From NCBI GenBank assembly GCA_976551045.1, contig CDPCPM010000120.1:7440001-7504000 (forward strand): 64,000 bases of DNA. The letters are read 5' to 3'. The notes beneath the pieces were generated by a model. That model saw only the letters and a list, made by a program, of their open reading frames with translations, had not been told where the DNA came from and searched no databases. Within the stretch, counting starts at the first letter, position 1. Each line of letters begins with the position of its first letter. Origin of the DNA: Glaucostegus cemiculus. Its lineage: Eukaryota. The position numbers and the translations under genes are program-made. This document shows, piece after piece, positions 48,050 to 62,195 of the stretch.

Positions 48050-48811
48050 AAGATATTGAAGATAATTAGCAAGGAAGCAACAGAAGAGATACTTAGATTC
48101 ATGAAAACTCTTTAGAGAATACAGCAACAATAGTTACCACTGACCAACCAGAAAAATTTGGCATCAATAGAAGAAAATTGCCACAGAAACATTACCAGAG
48201 ATAAGATATATCCACTTTTCCAAGAGGACCTGGAGAACATTTTCTGCACTGGCAACATTTCCATGTATTGCCAGCTCATCCAAGACTAATTTCTCCTGGT
48301 CAGCCTGATCTCTCTTCAAACTCCCAACCCCCCCCCCCCCCCCATTCCCAACTCTTCCTCCACCACCACCAATCTTCCTATTTCTCTCTCTGTCTTTAAT
48401 AAATGAACATTGATTTTCTACTCTTTTTGAACCAATACACCATAGTATTAAACCTACTTAGTGCCAAATATCCTAATTTATTTGATCAGTTTCTTATGGA
48501 GCACCTTATTTAATGTTTCTCCATCTAACCCAATATAATCTAGGATTTACTGCATTCAAAACATGAACATAATTTTTCTATTGTATTATCTCATACAATG
48601 ACCATCCATAAATCCACGCTATCTCTGACCAGTGTCATCTTAAGTGTTCATATATCTTATCCCTGGTAATGTTTCTGTGGCAATTTTCTTCTATTAATGC
48701 CAAATTTTTCTGGTTGGTCAGTGGTAACTATTGTTGCTGTATTCTCTAAAGAGTTTTCATGAATCTAAGTATCTCTTCTGTTGCTTCCTTGCTAATTATC
48801 TTCAATATCTT
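48050..48811. repeat. Long inverted repeat: arms 48050-48211 and 48650-48811 (162 bp each), 438-bp spacer
   Basis: Base-by-base comparison shows the arms are reverse complements with only 2 mismatches (gcatCaatag vs gcatTaatag; ccagAgataag vs ccagGgataag). Confidence 0.95.
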
Positions 48812-48879
48812 AGGATGCATATCAATTTCAGTAACTTAATGAAAACTTCCTAATAAGCATGCCTTATGAAAGCCTCCTT

Positions 48880-49245
48880 GGAGAGATAAAGGATGAGGGG
48901 GGACCTGATAGAGGTGTTGGTCGGGTTGTAGTCAGAGGCTTTTCCCCAGGGATGAAATGGTGGCCACAAAGGGGCATAGGTTTAAGGTGCTGGGGAGTAG
49001 ATGTATAGGAGATGTCAGGGGTAAGTTTTTTACTCAGAGTGTGGTGAGTGAGTGGAATGGGCTGCCGGAAACAGTGGTGGAGGTGGATACGATAGGGTCT
49101 TTCAAGAGACTGTTAGATAGGTACATGGAGCTGAGTAAAATAGAGGGCTATGGCTAAGCCTAGTAACTTATAGGGTAGGGACATGTTCGGCACAGCTTTG
49201 TGGGCCGAATGGCCTGAATTATGCAGTAGTTTTTCTTTGTTTCTA
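48880..49245 (+). mobile_element. CR1 3' end fragment
   Basis: ORF GHRFKVLGSRCIGDVRGKFFTQSVVSEWNGLPETVVEVDTIGSFKRLLDRYM; tail gggccgaatggcctg. Confidence 0.88.
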
Positions 49246-51049
49246 ACTCTCACACTTTTTGTTTGTCTTGTTTACAATTTTCAACATTTCGACAATTTAC
49301 CTTTGCAAGTATTCATTTAACAGATGTGTTGTTTTGACTGATCATAGTCTTCTCAAATGTTGGTGCATTTGTTTTTATACTAATCGAACAAAACCAATCC
49401 AGAGTTAAGTCTACTCCAGACTCCAAACTGGCTTTTTCAATAGTCTCTGCTGCCCAGGAGCTGTCAGATTGCCAGCTCAATATCGGCCAACACCTCTGTC
49501 TGTGTAACTTCTCCAATCAGTGACACATCTTGCCATACTTTTGCTGCAATAGGGTGCAACCTTACCTCGTAAGAGAGAAGGCAGAGTATTAATGAGTGCA
49601 CTGGAATATATCTGCATGAAATGTCTGTTATGGCTGAATAGCTGTGTATGGTATGAGATGTATATGTGAATGCCAGAGGAGTAGGATGTGTATCATTGGA
49701 AGAATGAATGATAGGTGTGTTGATTGAAAGATTGTTGTTAGATGAGTGATGGGGGTGTGGAGCAATTTGTGAGTTTTGCTACAAGATGGAATTTCTTTTA
49801 ATGTTTAATAGCACAGGCTGGTTTCATCTGATGTATGGGACTTCTGAAATAACTTATTTAGAAATAGTACTAATGCAAGAAAAATGTTGATTGACACCAC
49901 CTCAGCCCACAAATATTTTCCCTCAACTTTGATAAGAAAGACAATCATCTAAAAGTCTTTAACTTGTATTGAAATGAGTCTGATTTTGTCCAGTTCTAAA
50001 TCTTTCAGCAATTTAGTTTGGAATCCAGAACTCCCAATAGCCTTTGAGGATTTCATAATTGCTTTCTTATTGTGAGGCATACCAAGATTAGTCCTTCCTT
50101 TGAGAATAAGTCCAAATAGAGTTTCCTACATCTGTCAGTATACCCTGCTTTGGAGGGGTTATAAACATGAGTTTTTCAGTGAAATTTTAGGAACCTCAAT
50201 AGTTTTTGGCAGTATTGCCACCATGGGACATCACCAGAACATGATACGTAGTTTTCTTTCCTGAGTATTTAACTTATGATCAGTGGATGAGGCCCATGGA
50301 GGTAGATTTACACATGAAGTCATATGGTTTGAACAAAAATGAATGTACCAACACTTAAAAACAGCACAGCTTATGATCAGTTTGCTCTGATTCTCCATGC
50401 ACACCTGAGTATGACTTGCACCAACGACAGCAGTGTAAAATGCATATACTTTCAATTCTGACAAATGGCCTTGTTTCATTTGTGAGTGTGTAAACAATTG
50501 CAAGTGATATTATGACTCATTCACATGGCTTTACATGTGGAATTAGTTCTGATTGTAGTGAGGAGAAATTGTGAGCACATTTTGAGCGCATCCTGCCCAA
50601 AATGCAGATCAAAGTAACAGCATTTCTTTCTGAGTTAAAACAAAGCAATTTTCATCATTCTACACTCTCACCTGCAGAATCAGAGTGGGCAATTAGCAAC
50701 TGATTTTCTATATTTTATATATTTGAATCATAGATAAACAAATGCATCTTAGTTTTAAGCATAGTTTTAAAATAGTGAAAACTGGCATAATCACAATTGA
50801 ATGCTTTGCAGATGAATCACTGTGGTTATTTTGTATATGATTTTAAGTTGTTTTTTAACTGTACATGGCTATATCTAAATTGTTTTCCTGCTAGAGTTTC
50901 AAGAGTTAGCGAAGGCACTAAAAATCAGGGTGTACAAAGTGATAATCTTTAGATTAGCCTTGGTGCACATCCCAGTGAATGTATGAACAGCAAGTTACAA
51001 TGGTTATGGTGTGTGGATACTTCAGAGGGTATTGGGATCAATTCTGGTG

Positions 51050-51460
51050 CAGAAATGACCTGCATAAGGTCAACTGTTGTTGCTAAATAGACAGGGTGAA
51101 GGCTGGTGTACTGAAAGAGAGGGTTTAAACAGATTTGGCAGAAGGATAGGAACTGTACTCAGGAGAAAACAATGTACAAGACAAGGGTGATGTGTGTTCA
51201 GGGTAACTTCCTTGGTTGGTAAGTTACCATTGCAATGTGGACTGAAGAGCCATGTTGGATCTAATTCTGGGAAGTGAAGTGGGACAATTAGAATCTGTTT
51301 TAATGGAGGAGCATTTGGAAATTAATGCTTAGAGTGGTCATGAAAAGGTAAGAGGAACAATCATTGTTGAAGATACTCAACTGGAAGAGGGTCAAGTACA
51401 GACATTTGGAAAAGGATCTGTCAAGGCAGGTTGGAAAAACAAGCTCATGATTTGAGGTGA
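51050..51460 (+). mobile_element. CR1 endonuclease-region remnant
   Basis: Translates as LDLILGSEVGQLESVLMGEHLE, resembling the CR1 EN motif LDLVL...GQV....GEHLG.SDH. Confidence 0.55.
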
Positions 51461-52279
51461 GAAATAATAGAAAGGTTATCAGTGCTCACAGTTACAATGG
51501 AGGGTATCTGACAACGATGTCTGGAGAATATACACGCACAGTTAAGTGCAAGTACCCAGCAGCTGTTTTCAATAATTCCATGCTCCTTCTTAGGATGTGC
51601 TGGTTCATAACATTTGAGCATAATCTCTCAAAAATTGTTAAGAAATGCAGGTACTTAAAAACCATCTTCACCATGGAAAATTTCTGAAAATCTTATGATT
51701 GTATTAAAAAGGTGTAAATGGGTTGTTAATATGCATTATTACTGTCCAACAATCTCTGTGGCCCTAAAATTTTAAGCTTACCTATGTGGATTGCCGCTTA
51801 CATAAATATTTCAAAATTTTATCGACTTTAGCATGTTAAAACATCTATTTCATAGCAATGGTTAATGATTATTTCAGTTTCTACCTTAATCTCATTCAGT
51901 TGCTTTAACTTTATTTACTATTCTGCAAATAATTAAGTAGCTGGTCAAAAATTTCATGTTCTTCTGTTGCATTAGAGAACATCATTGCCCCTCCCTGTTC
52001 AGACAGGGAGCGAAGGTATGTTTGTAGGGCAGAATGCCATTGATTGGAAGCACATTGCTTTATCAGCAACTTGAAGATATATCCCTACTAAAAGGGATTC
52101 CATTGCCTCACTGTCCAGTGTCCCATAAAATCAGTCTCCAGTACACTGGTAGTAGTCATTGTGCCTTCATCCTGTGGCAATCCATTGTCATCTGTATTTG
52201 AACGACCATCACAAATCAAACGCAACTCATGAGTGTGAAGTATCTGCTCACAACATGGCTCCAGTCTTCAATGGCCAGC

Positions 52280-52490
52280 ACACAAACATGTGGTCACCAT
52301 GCGTACAATGAGTGCCTAGCTGCCACATAAAAGTGGCAGAGCAGTCAATTATTCCTTTTAAACAGTAATTTCACTGCCTGAACTGCTGTGTGGAGAACTG
52401 CAGTATTTGGCAGAGTGGGCTTCAAGATATGGGGTTGTCTGTTGTATGCTGCACAATCTTGCCTTCATCAGAGCTCAGCACTACCACCAG
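52280..52490 (+). mobile_element. PIF/Harbinger (HARBI1-like DDE) transposase C-terminal remnant
   Basis: Translates as AYNECLAAT* ... ELQYLAEWASRYGVVCCMLHNLAFIR, matching the Harbinger motifs YN..H..TR and LQY.P......ACC.LHN. Contains stops and frameshifts. Confidence 0.75.
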
Positions 52491-55400
52491 CAGGATGAAG
52501 AGGTTAAGGAGGCAGCAACTCACAGCACCTGCTTCTGGGCACCCATACACAGCTCACTCTCCTGTTATGGTACAAGTCAACAGAACTCTTTTTTCACCAA
52601 TGGCCCATCATCTATTTCCTTCCAGTTACACACAATTACAGCATCATGTTTTGTCCATTTGATCATCACTGTGCATTCCCCAGTACCTGTCCTCCCTCAG
52701 CCTTTTCCTGTCCTTGCATTCCTGTGCGGTGCTACCCCAGTGGTTGCAGCTTGGATAGGGGAAAGACATCAACAGCAACAGGCATCTACTCTACATCCCT
52801 ACCAATAAGGCCTCCAGGGCAGTGTTATAAAAGGATGGAACTTGATCTTCCTCATGTTGTGGCATTCTTGAATGTCCCCAGGTCATACTGATTTCCAGGA
52901 TGCCAGCCAGCTGCCAGCACCTACTACAGCCACAAGACTGCTGGCCATCAACAGATGAAGGCTGCTTTAAGTGGTAAAGTTATTATTAAGCAGTGCCAGC
53001 TAGTCGTAAATTGGGCCAACTTATCTCTGGTTCAAAATCCTGGAACTCCCCATCCAACTTTGCTGTGGGAGCACCTTTAAGACACAGACTGTAGAGGTTT
53101 CACAACTTGATTTATTATCATGCCTGCTATGACCACTTAGGATTTGGTAGCAGATGTTGATCATGATGCCCACATCCCATGGAAGGATATCTCAATTGTC
53201 CATCTGACGGGTAGTCAGATGGTTCACCCAGGTGTCATCTGACAGTTCTGAAAGCTTTTCCATCATTCTGTTCTGTAGCCTCTTAGTAAAGTCAGATGGG
53301 TGGGAATAATGAGTGCCATCCTTGCTGTGGTGAGTCTTTAGTGAATGCCAACATGCGAGACCCTCCACATTCATAACTTGGGTGTGACGTCACACAGTGG
53401 CTTAAACATTGTAACTTTCCAGACTCAGGCATTAAAGTGGTAGAGTATGCAGCCTGCAGGGCTTTAGTGCAACAATACATCATGCATGAGGTCCAAGGTA
53501 CTGTGCACAACACAGTGAGATTGGGGAAAGCAGAATTGCACAATGTGACTGACTCACTAAGTTGCTGGATTTAAAGTATTTTGTTGTCTGTGGGTGATGT
53601 AAGACTTTGTAAAGGTAATTTCTTTTTTGTACCAGTTGTTTGGATATTGTTGGTCTGCAGGCCAAAGATTTTGCAGATGCTACTCTAGTTTGAAAACACT
53701 CAGCTGTACCTATCTGTGGACTTTGCAGGAACATTATTTTCTTAAAATGTTTTCCATCTTATTAAGTACTCAATGCATTTCAGATGATATTTCAGTGGGA
53801 TAATTGGAACAATAACTACACAACAAGACTGAAATTGGTTCAAAGAATAAGATTCTACCCACACATGTTTTGCATTTTACATCTGAATAAAAATGAAAAT
53901 GTGTTAGTGATCTAGTGAGTGTTATGGCAAAATCTGGCATATTACTAAATAAAAAACAGAAAACTAGAAGTTTAAAAGTATTCTCTTTTGGTTGTTGCAA
54001 TGGGAAAGTAATGTTGTTATGAACTATGCTTCTGAATATATTAATGTAGTTCCTCTTGAAAAATCTGCAATTATTTTATGAAAATCAAGCTGATTGTAAA
54101 TAATATCACTTGAGCTATTTGCTGGTGATTTATTTCTTATAGTGAACATGTCACAGCTAATAATCTTACGTTAAACTTTCATTCACCACTAATTGTAGAG
54201 AATTTCTCAACTACTGATGTCTGCTATTGCACTCACATGCAGTGTAAAATACATTCCTGTAAACTCTACGTACAGGCTTAAGGCCTCAATAGGTGCTTTT
54301 AGAGTGGAGTGGTGCTCACAAGAAAGACTATTTGATGGATCATGAACTTGCAGGCTCCTGTGACTTCTTGGCTATCTGTCCCGTGAACATTGCTCCAACA
54401 TTGCCTAAGAGCCAAGTATGTCCAGTGAACTGCACCCGTGGCCAAGATTTCCTGTTGGACTGCTTTAATACTGAGAGACAATAATGCACTAATGATCCTG
54501 AATAATGTCCTGGAACTCTATGGAATTTAAAGGCAGTCACACTATCAGAGGGCAGAGAAAGTGAAGGATATTTAGTAGACTCTGATCTTCATTTTTGTTT
54601 TAACTATTATTCAGATGAATTAAAGACTTGCTGTAATTTGAAATGACTTAATGAATGGGTGTTGAAAGCTAATTTGTTTTGTTTTCTTTTTGAGTATATT
54701 TGTGGTTCTACATCAAACCCAAGCTAGCAGCAGCTCACCAAGAAACCATGTGGGCTCATGTACAGTTTCTGAAAGAACTGACAAAAGAATTTAGAAAGAA
54801 TTAGCAGCATTCTGCAACTTCCAGAAGCAGCCCAAATATTAATGGTTCAGAAAGCTAATCATGTTCCTTAATGTAAATGTCACCTCTGGAATATAGGCCA
54901 GAATGCTCCTCAATGCACTTGGTGATATTATAGGAAATCACATTGCATTGACCTGTTTCGTTTGTAGAAAAAAACTTCAAAACAAAATTTATTGCAAAAT
55001 AGTCAGGGATTTGGAAACTTCCCAAGCTACTTAACTGTCCATGAATAACTAGAAGCCTAATGTAGTCATTTCTATAAGATGGGAGGATTCTATGTACTCA
55101 TTCTGCTCATGGTTTCCCTACATTTAGTCCTGATCCTGGTGCAGCGGAGAGATAGAGAAATCTGTCATGTTGACTTGTGGAGCTAGGGCAACATAAAAGG
55201 CATCCTTTCTCTCACAGGTGCAGGGTATCGATTCCTGTTTTGCTGTTGTGATCTGACAACACAATTTAAATGTGCTGAGGTACCCTTTAATTCAATTGGA
55301 CTTCTTTGTGAGCTGTGTCATACCAGGGTGCACTGTTCCAGTCTTTGTATGTTCAGGCAACACAGAACACCAGTGATTGAACATAAACTTCCAATCTTGT

Positions 55401-58094
55401 TATGCAATACTTTTGCTGTAAAAATGATTAAACCTTGTTGAATGACGTGAAATTTTTATTTGCGGTATTAAGGCAGGTTAATGACTCAGAGGAGTTCATG
55501 TGGGAGCATGTTAGTTCTAACTGGGAATCTTCAGTACATAAAGGATGCACATCTCCACATTAAAGAGATGGTCTGTTTATCATGATGATCAATGAGCAAC
55601 AGTAAGCAGAATCGGTACCATAGTTACAACAGAAAATGTCTCAGATGAATACCTCTAACTCCTACTGTCAATGGAAACTTCCTGATTGCACATTAGTCGT
55701 CAATTGGACAGAGATGAAAAGAGCATTAGGCTGTTAGTTCCTTCATTTTAATTCTTTTTAGATTTTTCCACAGCAACTATTTCTGAAAGGAAATTGTCTG
55801 TTATGTCCCTGTTTTTTCAGTACAAGATATGTGATAAGAGGGGCAAGAAAGATCCTTGAGTGTTGATGTTGTGCGTTATTTTTTTCTGGAAGCCCGTATG
55901 AACAGTAAACCCTGACACAAGATCATAGGTGCATTCTTCTCTATTGGCTTTTAAAAATAAACAGCAATTTCTAAGGTTCCACGTTGTGGAAAATGTAGCA
56001 GAAGAAGTAACATATTAGACAGGTGTAAATCCTTGTGACTTCCAACAAGTATATGGACACCACTTTTGCATCCATTTGGCTGGAGCTCACCTTGGGAGTG
56101 TTGAGAAAGTTTGTTCTCCATGTGATTTTCAATTTCAGGAAATTCTTGATTAATGCAAGAGGAAAATCTGTTAGTATGCTTGCACCTTGTATGTAACCTT
56201 GGGCTAATTTACAAGTATGCACTTCTGGCTGGAAACTTGCCTGTAAGCAATGCCTATTAGAAAGACACTTACTGGCCATGATTTTTCTGAAATGATTGCA
56301 GCATGTGCCTGAATTTCTGATATGTGTTACTAATGGGTAAGGTTCCCCACTGACAGTGCAGACTTGTAAAATTACCCCTGATCAGTTTAACATATGCTCA
56401 ACTTTTTTTCTCCCATCAAGTGATGGGAGAAGTTCATTGTTCTATACCCGTAAAAAGTTCTGAAGCATGTCTTCAAACATTTAAGAAAGTTCTTAAGATT
56501 TTTGAGATAAGCAGGATGCCCTCAAGTAAATTGTCTGGCAACTTGTCAACTTAACAGGAGATTATTTCTTAGTACAGTAAGTAGATGCTTCAAGATTTGT
56601 GCCAGCTGCATGAGGCCTTTTCCAAATTGGATGAATATTTAGCGTTTCCTCCATCTGAGCCCACAACATGTGGTCAGCATTGTGTTTTTCAGAGCTAGGC
56701 AGGAATGAAGCAACCAAAATATTTCCTACAATGATGTAACAAAGTTTGCAAGATGAAATCTGTGTGTTTTCTGATTGTGGTTAACTATATTAATGTCTTC
56801 CCTTGGGTAAATAGTGGGTGACAAAAAACTATGTTTCTACACAGATGGAAAGGGTAATTCTTGCTTAAAAGGACATCACTCATGCTCTAATTACAGCAGC
56901 TCTGGAAGTAATTTAAAGCTGAAAGGAAAAGGCAGTGCAAGCTCTGATATTAAAGGAAATCAAATTCCAAGTTCATGATCAGTAACGAACAACGTCATAT
57001 GTAGCCAATTGCATTGCCACACATTAACCAGCTTAAGAATGCCCTGCACAGAAAGTTTGCTATATTTGACTCCTCACAGAAGTTGATCTCAGAAGCATTT
57101 ATATAGTACTAACCTTTAGTTTACAGGCAGTTAAGTCTCCTGATAAACATGGATAACATTCAGGCAGAGCTCACCAGGTGATTCTCACTATGTCACACAA
57201 GTTCTGCCATTATTACATATGTACCTTGTTTAGCATAGCACAAAATTGTTCTATACACTCTGTGATTAGTTACAGACACCTGTATTATGCAATACTGTTT
57301 CTGAAAGTCTGTGAGAAGACCCAGGTATATACAACAGATTTTACAAACAGACTGATTTCATCATACAACTATCTGTTGGGTTGGACATTGCAGGCTGGCA
57401 ATCAAACAATATTTCCTTGGAACTTGGAGAGCGTAGAAGCCCTGGAGGGAGAGAACTTGAAGATGAAGGCCGGTCCTATATAAATCAGGAAGCATAAAGA
57501 AGATTGGTGAGAGAACATGAGTTGTGGTCTTCGAGTTCCAGTTTGCTAAAGGAAGAACATGAAATACAGACCAGGAATGCACTGGAATAGTCAAGTCCAG
57601 AGAGAACAAAAACTTGGCTGACAGTTTCATTTACAAATGGATCAGTGCAGGGTGGTTAGCTATGTTATGGTGAAGGAAGTAGCTGGTGCTAGTTGCTGCA
57701 GCTCAGTTTTGAGTGGAATATAAAGCCAAAGCTGAAAACCATCTGGTTGGTTCAAGGTCAGTAGCTGTCAGAGATAGAAATAGTGAGGGTGGGCAGGGAA
57801 TGAAGTTTGTGGCTATCTTTCTTAATGTTTGGAATACTGTGTGCAATGTTGAGTACTCTTCCCACAAGGATATTGATCAGAGCGGATTTAGCTAAATCAC
57901 TGAGATAAGAAAAAGTTTCATGTTATTATATTTTTCTTTGTGTAATGAATTCACAAATTTTGGGAGTTTTTGGAGATGCTTTTCTCTCTGTAGGAAGTAA
58001 TATTGTAAGGTATTCCTCAAATTATGCTTACATCATTTCACATTCCCTAAATCTCAGGTTTCTAGCTATAGAGACCTAATGCTTCTTGATGTGT

Positions 58095-59390
58095 TTTCCA
58101 TGTTGTTATACCGTAGAACCATAGAACAATACAGGCCCTTCAGCCCACCATGTCTTTCCACCTCCCAAATGCAATTAGCAGTAAAGAATTAGTTAATCAT
58201 CCCTGAAGGTATTTTAAGAAAATGGGAGCAGAAGTAGGTCTGTTTGAGCCTGGTCCACCATTCAATGCCATCATGCCTGATCGTCTATCTCAATACCATA
58301 TTCCTACTCTCTTCCCATATCTCCTATTGCCGTTTGCATCCAAAAGTTTGTCCAGTCTTCTCTGTAGTTGTGAATTTCACCACTTTACCACCCTCCAAGT
58401 GAAGAGAGTTCTCTTGTCCTGTAACCAGACACTGGTTCTAGACTCCCCAACTGGGGTAACTTCCTCCATCTATCTCTAGTCCTTTCAGAATTTTATACAT
58501 TTCAATTAGGTCCCCTTTGATTCTTCTAAGCTCCAATAGATACAAACCTAGTTGACCTCATCATTTCTCAAATGGCAGTACTGCCATCCAATGGATCAGT
58601 CTGATGAACCTTGTTGAACTCCCTCTTTGAAAAGTATTTCCTTTCTTTGGCAAGGAGATCATAACTGCATTGCAATACTCTCAATATAGTCTCACCAAGG
58701 TTATGTATAATTATGGTGTGACATCCTTGCTCATCTACTCAAATTCTCTGACTATGAAGGCCAATACATCACTTACCATCTTAACTAAATGCTGCACCTC
58801 TGTGTTTGCTTTTAGGGACTGGAGTACAAGACGCCCAAATCTCATTGTACATCAACATTTACCAATCTATCACCATTTAGTTATAATACTCTGTCCCACC
58901 ATTTTTCCAACCGAAGTGGATAACTTCTGCACCTGCCACGTTTGTGTTCAGTTGGCATCCTGTGACGTGCCTTGAAACCTCTTTGTAACCTTCTCACAAG
59001 TTACAATCCCATCCAATTTCATGTTATTAGTAAACTTTGGGGTATTACATTGATTTCTCATCCAAATCATTGATGTGTTATGAACAGCTGAAGCCTAACC
59101 ACTGATCCCTACAATATTCCACTAGTTATCCCATTTATTCCAACTCTTTGCTTCTCACCTGTCAACGTATCTTCAGTTCATAAGATTCCATTACCCCAAT
59201 GCTATGCACTTTTATCTTACACATTAACTTTTCATGTGGGACTTTACCAAAGGCCTTCTAAAAAATGCAAATACATGACATCCATTGGTTTTCCTGAATC
59301 TATTCAATCAGTTACATTGTCAGTAAAATTCAGCAGCCTTAGCAAGCATGATTTTCCTTCTCGAAATCCACATTGACTTTGTGTCATTTT
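58095..59390 (-). mobile_element. Decayed CR1 LINE(s)
   Basis: Antisense 3' tail (agaaccatagaacaatacaggcccttcagcccacc; ggagcagaagtagg) and antisense RT motifs (gtctcaccaagg, catccaaatcattgat, ggactttaccaaaggccttct). Confidence 0.75.
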
Positions 59391-60079
59391 AATCCCAGCC
59401 CTACCTTTAACACATTTCAGCAAACCTATCTCCCAATAATCCATTCTGACCATTTAGAAGGGAGACATCAGTTGTTTCTTTGTGAAGCTCAAGTTTTCCA
59501 TAAAATTGAGATTCAGTACTAAACCTCATTGTTTAGCTTGCAGTCTGCAAATAGTAACTGTTCATTCTACTTCACCAATGGTATTGTCCAAAGGTCAATA
59601 GGTTCATGAAGTTTGCATAACTTCTGTTGGAGAGGAACATAAATGAAGTTGCCCTTTAATAACTTACAGGCACCCAGTTTTTCTTTTATTTATTCCTTCC
59701 TCTACTGAAGATGTTGGATCCTGCAGGAAGATTTTTCAGAAGCACTAGAAACAATTTATATTTCTTATTTTATTCCATCAAGGTACTTGGGCAGATTGGC
59801 AAGGCCAGGATTTATTGTCCTCTCGTACCTGCCTAGAAGAAGGTAAACTTTCAATTTATTCATATAGTTAATTTTGTTTCTGTTGTCCTTGTCTATAATC
59901 AGTTGTCATTGATCTTTAGAAGTAGAGGAGGGAAGAGTGATCTGAAGATGAAGGGAAGGTGAATGTCAAAGCCACTCGAGATTGGTTGGTACAGGACGCT
60001 GTTCTTAGGTGTTTTCATTGCAATATCCTGATGCTGAGACGAAATTATAATTTACCTCCATTATATGATGTTAAACATG

Positions 60080-60925
60080 CCATACAATCATACAAACATA
60101 TGCTTTAGGAACTACTCAGAACCTTAAGCCTATTCTGTCATTTAATAACAAGAATCTACCTAACTCCTAAAAGTATTCAAAAACACTTTTTCCAGCCCCT
60201 TTGAAAAAGACTGTTTCAAAGACTTCTCCTGAGAGAAAAGGTTTTGTTTTTCTCAGAATGAAATGGGTGACCACTTTTTTAAATAATGACCACCAGTTCT
60301 CGATTCTCCCACGAGGAAATATCCTCTCCACACCTACCCTGTCAAAAACCCTCAAAATCTTATGGGTCAGTCAAGTCCCACCTCACTCTTCTGAACCCCA
60401 GTGGATACAGGCCCAGCCTGTTCAACCTTTCATCATCAGTCATTCTGCCAATTCGAGGTATGAGTCCAGTAAACTTTGTCTGAATTGCTTCCAGTATGTT
60501 AACATCCTTCCTTAAATAAGCAGGCCATTACTGTACACTGAAGCCTAACTAGTTCTCTATATAACTAAAGCATAACCCCTTCACTTTTGTATTCAATTTC
60601 CCCTGTAATAGACAATATCATTCTGCTAATTTTCCTAATTACTTGCAGCACCTACATACTAGCTCTTTACACAGAAGCATGAGAGTAACCCAGATCCCTC
60701 TGCATTTTGCACCTCTACAACCTCTTCCCATTTAGTACTTAAAACACTTCATAAAATTTTTCCTGCCAAAATGGGCAGCTTCATATTACACCATCCCCCC
60801 ACCACCACCCATTATACTCCACTTGCTAGATTTTTTGCCCACTCACTTACCTCTTGGAAGCCTCTTTGTCTTTTTCATAGTTTATTTTCCTAGCTGTATT
60901 TGTGTTATCAGCAAATTCAACAAAA
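60080..60925 (-). mobile_element. Decayed CR1 LINE
   Basis: Minus ORF MRVFDRVGVERIFPRG; antisense motifs to ttatcagcaaatt (KFAD). Confidence 0.72.
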
Positions 60926-61144
60926 TGTGTCCTCTGCCTCCAAAATTCATCCCATTAAACTCAAAGCACTGAATTTCAGGGGCAGAGTACAACATACTGA
61001 TGCTACTGTCTTCTTTCTTAAAGCATATTTATTGATTGAGGATGAATTTCTGGGTAAATCATCATTGCTTGTGAAAGCAAGATTCCCATCCAGTGGAGAT
61101 CAAGATGCTACACTCAAAACTGATCAAACTGTAACAAGATCTGG

Positions 61145-61520
61145 AGTCAAGGCATCCTGGTGGAACCCAGACTGAGCAATACCAGGCAGCAATCAGAATC
61201 AGAATCAGTTTTTATTGTCACTACTATATACACGTACAGTATGCATAGGAGCGAAAGGAGCGAAGTAGGTGATAAGTGCAATTTGATGACATTGTTAATA
61301 ATAGTTTGCATCACTTGGCTAGTGATTGAGGGTAGATCGATGGGACAGCTATTTGTCAGATTGGATTTTGTACTTGGGCACACTGGGACAATTTTCTGCA
61401 TTGGTGAACATACAGCACTGTTGTGCATTTGGGTGATGTGCCAACCATAATTGAGTAGCAGGCATTGTGCGAAGGCTCTGATACGTGGGCTGGAGAAGTG
61501 GTAAGTATGTGAGAGTGTGT
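61145..61520 (-). mobile_element. LINE RT N-terminal fragment with an inserted (ctgatt)n-tailed 3' end
   Basis: Minus ORF QKIVPVCPSTKSNLTNSCPIDLPSITSQVMQTIINNVIKLHL resembles the LINE RT motif P..K...NYRPISLLS...K.ME. aatcagaatcagaatcagtttttattgtcac at about 61190-61220 is an antisense Rex1-like tail. Confidence 0.6.
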
Positions 61521-61864
61521 CAGGGGCATTTGAAGGTAATAATGGGAGTACGGATCACAATATCATTTTTGGGAAAGGGGCCATCTCTGTGCTGTCTGGC
61601 AATGGCTTAGATGGCTTCAAAGGCTCCATTTGTCATGACCTAATGAGTGTTGTGGTGACCTGCAGCCTGATGGGATGGAGAAGGCAAGGACTTGAAGACC
61701 AGCAGAGTCAGAAGAAAGAATGTAAGAAATATTCTGACCAGAAGGGCTTTACCTGCTGGACTACACAGAAGCAGGGCCTTATGTCCACCTTTCTTAGAAG
61801 AGAACCCAATGGAAAATGAGGGCCTCTAAGATTTCCCATCTGCTAGATATTTTCTATATTACTT

Positions 61865-62195
61865 CCTTTTAACATAGGAGGGAGCCCTTTGGCCCATTGT
61901 CTCTCTGCCAGCACTCGGAGCATTTCCAGCAGTGCCTTTCTTTCACTACTTCCCTGTAACCTATTCTCTCTCACATGCCCATTGACTCCCCTTGGTATTC
62001 CTGCCACCTACCTACACCAGGTAGTGGGCAGGATAATATATCTGTGATAATTGACAGTGGGCAATTAATATATCTGTCTTTAGAATTTGGGAGGAAATTA
62101 GAGTATTCAGGAGAACAGGGAAGAATATGAAAACAGCTGATGTCAGGATCGAACGAAGTCATTGGAGCTGTGATAACCACCCTAACCCATGTATG
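61865..62195 (-). mobile_element. Decayed V-SINE-like element
   Basis: gtctttagaatttgggaggaaattagagta...cagggaagaatatgaaaac...gtcaggatcgaac...ggagctgtga parallels the 39.4-39.6 kb SINE. Confidence 0.6.
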
